From Vitrella brassicaformis CCMP3155 (lineage: Eukaryota > Protista > Chromerida), in NCBI GenBank assembly GCA_001179505.1, contig CDMY01000982.1:166954-230953 (forward strand): 64,000 nucleotides of DNA. The letters are read 5' to 3'. A model generated the notes under the pieces. The model was not told where the DNA came from, searched no databases, and saw only the letters and a program-made list of their open reading frames with translations. A program made the translations under genes and the position numbers. Below, piece by piece: positions 23,201 to 35,179 of this stretch (its first letter is position 1; each line of letters opens with the position of its first letter).

Positions 23201-26200
23201 GGGCGTCCATGCCGGCAAGCGCCAGGTCCCCCAGCCCACCCCCACCAGCAGCAGCGGGCGGGCGAGGCAGCCGGTCGGCCGCAGACGGGCCAGCGCCAGC
23301 CTGGCCCTGAGCACCGGCCGGCTGGTCGAGAGGAGTCTGGTGCATGGGCAGGAAGGTGCCCTGTGCGCGCTTGAGTGGTCCGAGGTTCATGAAGTCCTTG
23401 TAGACCTGCAGCTGTCGGTTGCCCATTCCGGGGCGCAGCTTGAGGTGGTCGGGGAGGTCTCGCGGCCACTTGACGTTGTCCTGAATGTAGTTCTTGTCGG
23501 TAAAGTTGATGTTGGCCTCGCGGCACCGCTGGCGCTCGGCGATGGCCTGGCTGAGGTCGTTCTCGATGTCTTTCATGGCCTTGTCCACCACGGCTTGCTC
23601 TATCAGGTGGCAACCCAGCTCAAGGTTGTCGGCACTCACTATCTGAACCACCTGCTCTATCAACACCTGCATATGGACATAGCATGAGTGAGTGATTGCA
23701 TCATCGACAAGACAACCACACACAGAGAGGGGGGGGGGGAATGGGATGATTGCCCGCCGTGCCTTTGATACTCGTGTGCTCGCGTGTTTACAGCTCACTC
23801 CCTCACTGACCTGGTCGTTGCTGTCTTTGGTGCTTGCAGGCTGGAGCATTTGTCTGAGGTTCTGTGTGAGTGCCACCCTGAGTGGCTCCCTGCAGGTGAC
23901 CAGGGCGAGGCTGCCAGCGAGGCTGGCCACCATCAGGTGAGCCGCACGCTTGACCAGGCCATCGTCACCCTCGACGGCGAAGTCCTTCAACACCAACTCA
24001 CGAGTCGTCACACACGATATCGTCACTGAACGAACACAATACACAGACAGACAAAGGGAGATTGGAAATAATGAGACAGACTGCCTGTTCTCGACTGAAG
24101 GGTGCATGTGATGTGGTGTGCCGCAAGGCACCTGATCGCTCCACTACGGCAGAGATGATCTCCCTGATGGCCGAGTCGACAGCCTTGGGGACGTGGTTGC
24201 GCAGGTTGGGCTGTATCTGGAAGAGTGCGATGGAGGGGCTGATCTGCACCCCAGCCTGCAGCTGAGTCACCAACGCATCGTTCATACGACCCTGAGACTC
24301 AGCAGTCTGCCACACACATACATACATACACACATACATACATACAATGCACTCCACTGCACCCCTCCCTCCCTCCCATGTGTGGTGTGCATTGGATTGC
24401 ATTGTGTGTGATGGGATGGATGCAGGGCCCGGCCCTCTTTCCTACCTGCGGCTCTCGGGGCACATTGGGTGGCGGGAAGGCGTTGATGAGCGCCTTGTCG
24501 GTACCCAGCGGGTCCACCTGACCCGGACCGCCGCCCAGCACGGGCTGAGGGCCCACCTGTGGACCAGCCACAGGCTGCTGCTCGGCCGCCATGGGTCCCT
24601 CCACACCAGCACCTGCCTCAAACGGCCCGGCAGGCTGCGGCGGCTGCTGGCCCATCTGGGGCTGCTGTGGCTGGTACATGGGGCCCTCGGCTCCTGGCAT
24701 GCCAGGCTGCGGCTGCTGCGGCATCCCTGCACCGGGCGGGAAGCGAGGCTGCTGCTGCTGCTGCTGGGCCGCCAGGTCGCCCGCCGAACCCATGCCCGGC
24801 ATCTGTGGCCCACCAAGCGGGCCTGAGAGCCCCAGTGGCCGCCCCTGCACCTGCTCGCGGGCGGCGTCGCCCACAGCGAGGACAGCTGGGTCGTATGGGA
24901 CCCTGGGTGCGGCGGGCATGGCGGGGTGGGGCGGCTGCTGTGCCATCGAGGGAGGGGGAGGTGGGCCGCGGGGCACCTCGGCTGCTGCTGCAGCTGCCAC
25001 GGCCGGTCCGGGTGGCTGTTGGTCGGGCTGCTCCTCCCCCTGCTGCTCCCCCTTGGCGGCTTTTTTGTCCTTGCTGTCAGGTGGCTGTGTCTTGCCTGCG
25101 AGTATCTCTGTCTTGCCCTTGAACTCCTCCAGCTCGACGCCGAGGCCCTTGAAGAGGATCTCGATCTCGAAGAGGAGGTTGGTCTTGAGGTCCTTGATGC
25201 CGTGGATCTCGCCAAGCAGCCTGAGGATGGNNNNNNNNNNNNNNNNNNNNNNNNNNNNNNNNNNNNNNNNNNNNNNNNNNNNNNNNNNNNNNNNNNNNNN
25301 NNNNNNNNNNNNNNNNNNNNNNNNNNNNNNNNNNNNNNNNNNNNNNNNNNNNNNNNNNNNNNNNNNNNNNNNNNNNNNNNNNNNNNNNNNNNNNNNNNNN
25401 NNNNNNNNNNNNNNNNNNNNNNNNNNNNNNNNNNNNNNNNNNNNNNNNNNNNNNNNNNNNNNNNNNNNNNNNNNNNNNNNNNNNNNNNNNNNNNNNNNNN
25501 NNNNNNNNNNNNNNNNNNNNNNNNNNNNNNACACATACATACATACAATGCACTCCACTGCACCCCTCCCTCCCTCCCATGTGTGGTGTGCATTGGATTG
25601 CATTGTGTGTGATGGGATGGATGCAGGGCCCGGCCCTCTTTCCTACCTGCGGCTCTCGGGGCACATTGGGTGGCGGGAAGGCGTTGATGAGCGCCTTGTC
25701 GGTACCCAGCGGGTCCACCTGACCCGGACCGCCGCCCAGCACGGGCTGAGGGCCCACCTGTGGACCAGCCACAGGCTGCTGCTCGGCCGCCATGGGTCCC
25801 TCCACACCAGCACCTGCCTCAAACGGCCCGGCAGGCTGCGGCGGCTGCTGGCCCATCTGGGGCTGCTGTGGCTGGTACATGGGGCCCTCGGCTCCTGGCA
25901 TGCCAGGCTGCGGCTGCTGCGGCATCCCTGCACCGGGCGGGAAGCGAGGCTGCTGCTGCTGCTGCTGGGCCGCCAGGTCGCCCGCCGAACCCATGCCCGG
26001 CATCTGTGGCCCACCAAGCGGGCCTGAGAGCCCCAGTGGCCGCCCCTGCACCTGCTCGCGGGCGGCGTCGCCCACAGCGAGGACAGCTGGGTCGTATGGG
26101 ACCCTGGGTGCGGCGGGCATGGCGGGGTGGGGCGGCTGCTGTGCCATCGAGGGAGGGGGAGGTGGGCCGCGGGGCACCTCGGCTGCTGCTGCAGCTGCCA

Positions 26201-29200
26201 CGGCCGGTCCGGGTGGCTGTTGGTCGGGCTGCTCCTCCCCCTGCTGCTCCCCCTTGGCGGCTTTTTTGTCCTTGCTGTCAGGTGGCTGTGTCTTGCCTGC
26301 GAGTATCTCTGTCTTGCCCTTGAACTCCTCCAGCTCGACGCCGAGGCCCTTGAAGAGGATCTCGATCTCGAAGAGGAGGTTGGTCTTGAGGTCCTTGATG
26401 CCGTGGATCTCGCCAAGCAGCCTGAGGATGGCCGACACCCACGGGTTGCGGGGGCCGAAGTTTTTGCTCTCCTTGCAGGCCTCCAGGATCTTGCACGCCA
26501 GCGGCAGCAGGATCGTCAGAGTGCCGGTCTCGTAGGCGTGCACCAGCATCTCCTTGACGTTCATGTCCTTGGCCAAGATGGTGCGGCTGCGCGCTATGGT
26601 CAGCTGGCCCAGGAAGGCACCGAGGTTCTTGAGCGACTGGCGGTAGGCGAAGGTCTCGTCGCCGGCGGCGTCGACGAAGCTGAGCATGGAGGAGATGACC
26701 TTGTGCGTGGTGTGGATGACCCGGTCCATGAGCTTGGGGTGGGCCTGGTAGCCGTCGCCGCCCGTGGTCAGCTTGTCGAGAAACTCGATGAACAGGGCCT
26801 GCAGGTTGGTCTCCTTGGAGGCGCGCTTGCTGACGATGTAGAAGGCCAGCCACGGGTAGAGATCGTCGGTGACCAAACCAGAGGCAATACGCGCCTGAGA
26901 TATATGCGATCGATGCGATCGACACGACCAACACACAGAGATAGCGATGCCTTCTCCATTTGTGTGTGTGTTGTGGGGCCACTGTCTGACCTTCTGCTCG
27001 ACATTGGCAATGGTGACGGTGTTGAATATCTGGACGAACTGGTCGCTGATGTGCGGTGGGGGCTCGATGATCTCCCGCATCAGCTCCTGCTCCTGCATCA
27101 GCATCTCCACGTTGCCGAGACCGAACCCACCCATCGCCGCTGCCGCCTGCTGCCGCTTCACCGTCGGCTGCTGAGCCGTACCCGCACCCGGCATCATACC
27201 GCCGGGGGGTTGGGGCCGTTGGGGTGGGACGCCCATCCCGGGGGCGTTGGCCTGCTGGGGCGGCGGGGCGGGCTGCATCGGCCCGCCTCGGCCAGCCATG
27301 CCCGGCGCGCCGGGCCCTGTGGGTGCCGGGGGCATGCCGGGGGGCGCTCCGCCCATGGGTGGGACACCGTGTGGCGGCATGGCCCCGCCCGCCCCCCACT
27401 GCTGACCCCTCTTGGCCACACCTATCACCGCTGGGTCCTGTGATACCTCAGGCACCGCACCTGACATAAGTGACGTACACACATACAGACAGACGAGAGA
27501 AGGGGAGAGGAGCTGACATGAATGAAGGCTCGCCCGTCGTGTGTGCGTGTCTCGTGTGTGTGTACCTTACTTACCTTGTCCGATCATGGGTGGCCCCTGC
27601 GCCCCCTGTACCATCGAGGGGTCGGCCGGCTGCCCTCTCACACCAAAGGCGAAGGCCTGCGTGCCGCCCATGCCGGGCTGAGGGCCGCCTGCAGGGACGG
27701 GAGGCGCCGCTCCCTCCCCCGGCCCAGCAGCGCGCTGCTGGGCCTTTTCTTTGCCAGTCTCGTCGATGAGGTAGCGGAAGTCTCTGATCTCGGGTGGCTG
27801 CGGGGCCTTGCCACGGAGCATTGCGTGTGTGTCCATGGGTGCGATGACGAACTCGTGCAGGTGGCTTGGGAAGATGCTGAAGAGCGAGCTGATGAAGTGG
27901 GAGTACTGGCCGGAGACCTCCTGGATGTAGCCGATGGGCGTGAGGGTTATCTGGCTGCTGGGGTCCTTGCCCACAGGCGTGTGCAGCAACGAGTGGATGA
28001 AGTTCGGGTACTTGTACAGCGACCCGAAACACTGAGATGAGAGAGAGATCGCAAACAAACAAAGACACACATATCCACACGTGTGAGTGACGTGACACAG
28101 GCCCGTAACGGGCCGGGCAGTGCAGGTGCTCACTGACCCTTTCGAGCGCCACAATGCCAAAAGCGAAGAGGCGTTGCTTGGGCGACTTCTTGAGGGCCTC
28201 GAGGACCGTGCGGATGCACATGGCTCTGGGGACGTCAGGCAGCACCGAGTCGTCGTTGATGAGGAAGCCGAATAGCGTGGCGGTCTTCTTGAGCTCGTTG
28301 GACGGATACTTGGGGAAGTACTTGCTCTCCTGGATCAGCACGCAGAACATGTGGCTACCCATCTCCCGCTGGCTGCTGCCGGGGGGGGCCGTGATCAGCT
28401 CCTTCATCAGCGCGAGCATCTGCTCCACCGTACGATTCCCTGAACAAATCAATCAATCAACGAACGAAAACAAGACACACACGACACCATACGACGCCCA
28501 CTCAGTGAGTGCCATCAGTGCATCGCTCTGCTCCTCTCCTTTTGCGAGCGGCTGACCTTGGTACAACTCGGAGAAGTACTCGTTGACTTCCTTCTCCATC
28601 ACGTCATTCGACGTCATGGCCGTCCCCGGCGGCGCCAGCGGGACGTCAGCCGGACGCAATCCATGAGGGTGAGGAAGCAGGAAGGTGCTCTCGCCAGTGG
28701 GGGGTTCGGCCGCCGGCTCAGGCACGCCCTCTCCTTGTCCGCCCTGCTCGCCTGCGCCTTGCTCGTGCTCAGCTGCCGCGGTTTCCATGGGGCCATTGGG
28801 GTAGGGGGGGGTGGGTGAAGGCCCCTCGGCCACTGCGGCAGGCTGCTGGTTCTCGGTGCCGTTGTGGTTGGCAGCCACATGGGGGCCGTTGGGGTGGGCC
28901 TCCGGCGCCTTGTCGGTCTCCCCGTTGTGCGCTGCGGCGGCGGCGGCCGGGGCCGTGTGATTGGCGGAGAACGTAGACAGCTCCGGGAACGCCTGAGACA
29001 GACAGACAGACAGACGCACGAATGAGAAGACCGACTCTGTCTTTCTGTCTGACTGACTGACTGACAGTACCTGGATGGCAGCAGCGACGAGCGAGCTGTA
29101 CTCCTTGTGTGTGGTGTCCTTGACGTCAATGCCGGTCGAGTAGGGCTGCAGGATGGATATGAACTGCCCCACGGTGTCCCTGTCGAGGGCGCCCTCCCGC

Positions 29201-31435
29201 TTGACGTGGTCCCGCACCTCCGTCCGGGGCATCTTGCTCTTGAGGAATGCTACGCAGCCCAGCATGGCGGCGTTGACGTCGTGGCGCAGCTGCTGCGTCA
29301 GCCACTGGTTGAGGTTGAGGTACTCACGCTGGTAGGCCAGGTGGATGAACTCAAAGAGGAACGGCGACGGGCTCGTCTGCATCAGCACCGCGTTGAGGCC
29401 CGCACGCACCTCGTTGCACATGTCGAGCAGCTTCCGCAGGCACCCGGGGTCCCGCGCCCACATGTTGTTGAGGATGACCGTGAAGTGCCGGGGGAAGTCT
29501 GTGGCCACCCGCCGCTGCACCGCCTTGGCGTTGCTGTGGGTCTGCGTGAAGTACTCGGGCACCAGCTGGTCCAGCAGCCACTGACCCACAGACGTGAGGG
29601 TCTCAGGCTGCTCCACGTGCAGCAAGCACACCAGCAGCAGCTCCGGGCAGTTGCGCTGCGCGTGGCCGCAGAGGTCACGCACCTCCTGGTTCCACTCGGA
29701 CTCGCCAATGTCCAGCAGCGTCCTCAGCAGCTGGGGGCAGGCCCACGCCCTGTTGGGCCCGCCATCGGCCATGGCCGACCCCTCCACACCGTCCACTGGC
29801 GCCAGCAGCGGGGAGGCGTGTGCGAAGGTGAAGACCTCTGGGGGGGCGTGGATGGCGTGGCGGAGGAAGTCCAGCTGCGCCTTCTTGTTCTTCCAGGGGC
29901 GGCCGATGACGACCTCCAGGGGGAAGGGGGCGCCCTTGGCCGACTTCTTGTGGATGGCCATAATCAGGTTGAAGGCGTTCTCGTCGGGCAGCCGCAGCTC
30001 GGGTGTGTCGAGGCACTCCCACACCGACAGGCCGCCGCTGGCTGAGCCCTCGGGGCCGGACACAGTGTCACCACCTGCCCCAGTGGTCACCCTCCAGTTG
30101 AGGTGGGGGAATGAGGGCGTGAGAGTGTCTACGAAGACGTCTACGTTCCAGTAGGAGCCCTCCATGGGGTCGCTGCCGTTCATGTTGATGGGTCCGACGT
30201 CGAAGAGGTGCATGGTGGTGTTCCACTTGTCCCTCACGGCCTGGTTGAACAGGTTGGGGTGCAGCGAGGGGTTGTGGGTGCCCCCACCGCCACCACCGCC
30301 GGTGCCAGACGCAGGCTCGGCGCTCAGCGACCCGTCGTTGGTCGCGGCCATCATGGCGATCATCTCGGCCACCTCGCGCTCGCCCAGGGAGGGGAAGGCC
30401 TGCAGGAAGCTGCGGAAGTGCTCCGACGAGACGCATGCCGAGTAGCCGAGCTCCTTGAGTAGGTGGTATGGCTTGGATGCCGGCTGGCCGTCCATGTGGA
30501 GGCGTTCTGCGTCAGTCATGATGGTTGTCTTGGAGTGGGGGAGAGAGGGGGCGGGGGAGGAGGGGGGCGACTGGGAAGAGGAGGTGGTGGGAGGGAGGGG
30601 GGAGGTCACGCGCAGGTGGCGGACGGGGGCGATAGCGGGGTTGACGCTGGGTAGCTCGGGGTGGGCGTTGAGCAGCGATTTGACGTGCTCGTCGCGCGAC
30701 ACCGACACACCGCCACTGCCGGCGGCCTGGTCGAAGAGGGCGGTGAACTCGTCTGCCTTGAGTGCGAACAGGAGGTCCTCGAGGACGAAGCGGGGCAGCT
30801 TGCGGTCCTTGTCGGCCTCCTTCAGACGACCTAGCACGAAATGAGCCGCGTGCTTGCGGGTCGACTCGTTGCTCTGACGGTCAGCACACAAGGCACAAAC
30901 ATGTATGTGTGTATGTGATGTGTGTGATGTGTGGCTCTCCTCTCACCGAGTAGAGTAGTCCGACTCCGAGTGCGAGTTGCGATGCGGTTGAGAGGTGGAT
31001 CCGTTTGCTGAATGCCGAGAGGAAGTCCTCAGTCACGGGTGTGGCGTCGCTCCCTGCTGCGGCCTGGCCGCTGGTGCTTCCTGCGTGGGGTCGGTCTGCC
31101 TTGCGGGCGGTGCTGCCTGATGCCGAACTCGATGCCTCGATGCGGTGGCTCTCTAGCGCCTCACAGAAAGCCGCGACGAATTCGGGGTCAGTGGAGAGGG
31201 CGCTCAGCTCATTCTGGATGAGGGCGACCTTGGGGCTCTCGGTTGTCTGCGTCTTGTGTCCGCCGGGGGGGTTGAGCTCGTCGAGTAGGACTTTGCAGTA
31301 GTAGACTTGGACGTCATGGCCGTAGAGGTTGATGAGGGTGTGGAGCTCTGCGATGGATGCCTTGCTATTCTTCTTGTTGAGGGAGGTCACCAGGTGCTTC
31401 ACTTGCCACAGTATCGGTTGGAAATGGGCAACCAT
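18517..31435 (-). CDS. CNOT1: CCR4-NOT transcription complex subunit 1 (NOT1), multi-exon
   Basis: N-terminus [14 protein letters not shown]; [21 protein letters not shown]; [12 protein letters not shown]; [14 protein letters not shown]; FGPRNPWV; [11 protein letters not shown]; [19 protein letters not shown]-like [23 protein letters not shown]; [12 protein letters not shown]; [14 protein letters not shown]; [15 protein letters not shown]. Stop is at 18629, or at 18517 if the terminal GTAAG...CAG intron is spliced. Confidence 0.97.
24330..26431. repeat. 901-bp exact duplication (24330-25230 = 25531-26431) flanking a 300-N gap; probable unmerged contig overlap
   Basis: The two copies look identical and end exactly at the gap edges. 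Removing one copy and the gap restores the CNOT1 reading frame. Confidence 0.9.
25231..25530. other. Assembly gap (N run)
   Basis: Run of N. Confidence 1.
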
Positions 31436-32156
31436 TACGGTGCGGGCCACTCACCCGGGGTCACTCTACACCCAATCCACAACAAGCCAATCGACCGACG
31501 ACCAAAGGCTGGTGAGGGGGTCAGCCAAGAGGGAGAGGGGGGAGAGAGGGGGAAGAGGTCAATGGGGGAGGGGAGGGGCAGGGGGAAGAGGGACGCCAGA
31601 GCACCGACAGACAGCCGACGGTGAGATGAGAGGAAGGGAAGGGGTCGATCCGATCCGATGGCGACGGTAACTCGGGCAGATGAGAACCTAGTGGATGGAT
31701 GCAGCCGTCCTCCTGGACCACACGGCGGCCAGAGAGAGGCTCGCTCACCAATCCAGCAATATATGCACTCGAGAGAGAGTAAGAGGGGGATAGTCCTGGT
31801 CAGTCAGTGCCGGGGAGACCACGCGTGTCTCCCCCTCGTGTGTGGCCGTGGCACGCCGCTGCTGAGATGAGGGGGATAGATGAGATGCCGCGGCACCGGA
31901 TGCCTAAGCTCCCGCCATCAGCACGGGCACGCGGGATGCGATATCACGCCATTTGTCGACTCACCGCATCAAAATGGGCAGCAGGAAGCTCCGGTCCGTC
32001 ACTAAACACCCTCACTGCCGCCAGATCACCGGCTTCTTCAATTTGCGAGCTTCTTGTAACAGCTCGCACTCTGACGAACCACTTGCTTTGACGAAGAAGT
32101 TGCGAAGGGGACAGGCAGCAGCAGTGAGTCGCCTCTCTTCCCTTGTCGACATCTCG

Positions 32157-32512
32157 ATGGCTGACGACGGCCTCTCGGCGTCCGAACTTCGTCGCAGATA
32201 CGGTGCGCAGCGGCACTCACAGGGCAGGCGATACGCACACGCACACGCCCGTGGATGCAGGTCACTCTCTTGCATGCTGATCTCCCTTCTGTGCTGTGCT
32301 TGTGTGTTGCCTGTTTATTGTCAGGTCCCGGCGGTTCGGCGCCGGACAGCGAGTTGAGTGCGGCGCAGCTGCGTGCCAGGCACAACGTGCAGAATCGTGA
32401 GTTCCGTGCTGACGATGGCGGCGGGGTGCTCATGTACGTGGTGGCCGGCATCGCACTCATAGTCTTCCTCGCTATCATGTACGTCCTCATGGCCAAGCAG
32501 GGAGCTGAATAG
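32157..32512 (+). CDS. 77-aa microprotein with a C-terminal transmembrane helix (tail-anchored type)
   Basis: Exons 32157-32202 and 32325-32512 give MADDGLSASELRRRYGPGGSAPDSELSAAQLRARHNVQNREFRADDGGGVLMYVVAGIALIVFLAIMYVLMAKQGAE*. Canonical GT-AG intron; total 234 nt. Confidence 0.8.
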
Positions 32513-32612
32513 TGGGGCCTCCTCATGACATGCATGAACCACACACAACTTGGGGAAGGGAGGGACAGGACAGAGCAGATAGCGGCGGGCGGGGCGGGCC
32601 GGTGCATTAGCG

Positions 32613-32911
32613 NNNNNNNNNNNNNNNNNNNNNNNNNNNNNNNNNNNNNNNNNNNNNNNNNNNNNNNNNNNNNNNNNNNNNNNNNNNNNNNNNNNNNNNN
32701 NNNNNNNNNNNNNNNNNNNNNNNNNNNNNNNNNNNNNNNNNNNNNNNNNNNNNNNNNNNNNNNNNNNNNNNNNNNNNNNNNNNNNNNNNNNNNNNNNNNN
32801 NNNNNNNNNNNNNNNNNNNNNNNNNNNNNNNNNNNNNNNNNNNNNNNNNNNNNNNNNNNNNNNNNNNNNNNNNNNNNNNNNNNNNNNNNNNNNNNNNNNN
32901 NNNNNNNNNNN
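32613..32911. other. Assembly gap (N run)
   Basis: Run of N. Confidence 1.
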
Positions 32912-33860
32912 NGGGTGGGGTGGGTAATGTGTCGATATTTCTACCAAGGGGAGGGGATGAATGGCATGGCATTGTCTCGTGGATGGGATGGCCGTGCGTG
33001 ACTGTGAGTGTACCTACTGGCTTGGATTGGGTTTCGTTGCCTGCCTGCCTGCCGTGCGCGAGCAGTTTGGGTGTGTGGCTTGCCGTTGTGCCTGCTGTCG
33101 GATGTTGACTCCTCTTCAGTCAAGAAGTGGGGGACACATACGAAGGTATTCTTGATGGCCAACCGCATCCAAGTTGTTGGTCGAATGCGGCAGGATGGTG
33201 CGGTGCGTGTGTGATGTGATGAGTCAGGCCAGGCGGAGTGTCTATGCCATGCCATGCTATGCTTGCTGGAAAATGCCCTTTGTTTCGTTTTATCTATCAA
33301 GAATGATTGTGCCGCCCCACATCACCATCACATCTATGGGCAGAGCAGAGCAGAGCAGCCCGCCTGCTGGGCTGTGGTGTGCTACCCTGTGAGTGTGCGT
33401 GTACATAGACGACAGACAGACATACAGACAGACAGACAGACAGACCAGCACAGCAAGGTGAGGTGCGGTCATGCTGATTCATCTTCTGCTTTGCATGTGC
33501 CTTTATTCATCCGGCCACCACTGCGTCACTCACGTCGATGCGTGAGACAGTCACGTGTGCATTGCATGATGACGTTCAATCCACGCTTGACCTCTTACAA
33601 TACGACAAACATAACTGAGTCCATGCGGAAGATGTCCGCAACGAAGGCCAATTCACACTCTTCAAGCCAGTTGGCCCAGATCGGACGAGACGCGCCACAG
33701 CAAGAATCCTTCTCCTTCGCGCTTCTTTCGGGGCATCCCATCATCTCCATCTCATCAGATCTGCCCTCCTCCCTCCGGCCTTCAGCTGTCGTGAATCCGA
33801 GACCCTCCCCCTGCCTTTGACAAGCTTGAGTCACTCACCCTTATCAGACAAGAGAGAGAG

Positions 33861-35179
33861 ATGAAGCACCTTGTGGCAGCAGCTGTGCTGGTGCTGGTGG
33901 TGGTGTCGGTGCCGCTGTGCGTGAGCCAGCTGCACTTCCCCATCCACGAGCACTCCCACGTGACCTTCCCCATGATCAAGCAGCGGACGCTCTACAAGGA
34001 GTACTCGCCCTATTGGGAACTCGAGGTCAGCCAGGGATGGTATGGCAGAAGGGAAGGCACATGCGCCAGCTGACTGTGCTGTGTGTCTCTCTCTCTGGGT
34101 GGGGTCTCGTTTGTGTGTGCAGCACAACCCGAAGCGCAAGATGGCTCTGCTCATCGATGACATGCAGGTATGGTACTGACAGGATAGAATAGACACACAC
34201 ATGCACATGCACAAGCACAAGCACACCAAGCCATGACATGAGTGCATCTCTCCCTCTGCCCTGCCTGTCTCTGTGTGTCTGTTCTGTCCGTCTGTGTGTC
34301 TTGTCTGTCTGTGTGTGTCAGGAGGAGCACCGCACGTACTTCTCCCCCCGTGCCGTGCAGCAGGCCCAGAAGATCTTGGCTGCCTTCCGTCGCCACAACC
34401 TCCCCATCATCTGGTCGTTCTGGAGCCGCACATACGGCGACGGCCGACAGGGGTCCGTCGACCGCTTCTACGGCGACACGGGCCTGGGCAGCTCCGCAAA
34501 TCCATGCGTAGGCACGCACCCACAACACACACAGATGTATGTATGTATGTATGTGTGTGTCTGTTGGTTGCATTGTCCCACCCCACCGTGTGATGTGATG
34601 CAATCAGTACGTGTGGGAGGCGGACGGTCTGAAGCTGATGCCCGAGGTGGCGCCGCACTACAGCCACGAGTGGGACAACACGGTGGCCAGCGACCACTAC
34701 GACATGTTCTCAAATCTCGGCAAGCACGGCGAGTCCGTCGTCTGGGAGATCCTCAAGGGCAACGATGTCGACACCGTCATCGGTCAGTCAGGGAGGGAGG
34801 GAAGAGGGGCGTATTGTGTTGCGCTTGATTGAGCTGGTGTGTGTGTGATTGTGTGTGTGTGTTAGTTGTGGGTGCGTGGACTGACATGTGCATCCTGACA
34901 ACGGCTCTGTCGGCCTTCCAGAAGGAGTACGACGTCATTGTGCCGCGCGATGCCGTCGGGACTCCCACGCCTCACGGCCGATCAGCACTGGAGATTCTCA
35001 ACTCGGTGACCGAGCGAGCGACCTGAGAGAGGCAAAGCCCGGTGTGGACTGCTTCGTGTGTGTGTGTGTGTGTTGGACTGACTGATAAGGTGTGTTGTCA
35101 CACGTTTCCTGTGGCCGAGATCGTGCACTTCCTGGACCACGGACGACACCCAGCCAACGAGACCGTCGCCAGTGCCTGA
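33861..35179 (+). CDS. Isochorismatase-family (cysteine hydrolase) protein with signal peptide, paralog 1
   Basis: Signal-like MKHLVAAAVLVLVVVSVPLCVS; ALLIDDMQ; AAFRRHNLPIIWS; GAWTDMCILTTALSAFQKEYDVIVPRDAVG. Confidence 0.88.

Noticed and set aside
24330-26431. Apparent tandem exon duplication inside CNOT1
   Set aside because: The copies look identical and terminate exactly at a 300-N gap, the signature of an unmerged contig overlap; long reads would be needed to claim it is biological.
22368-31450. Long plus-strand and alternative-frame ORFs (e.g. 29107-30045, 26127-27443) as overlapping genes
   Set aside because: These are antisense or shadow ORFs of GC-rich CNOT1 exons, a typical artefact of stop-codon scarcity.
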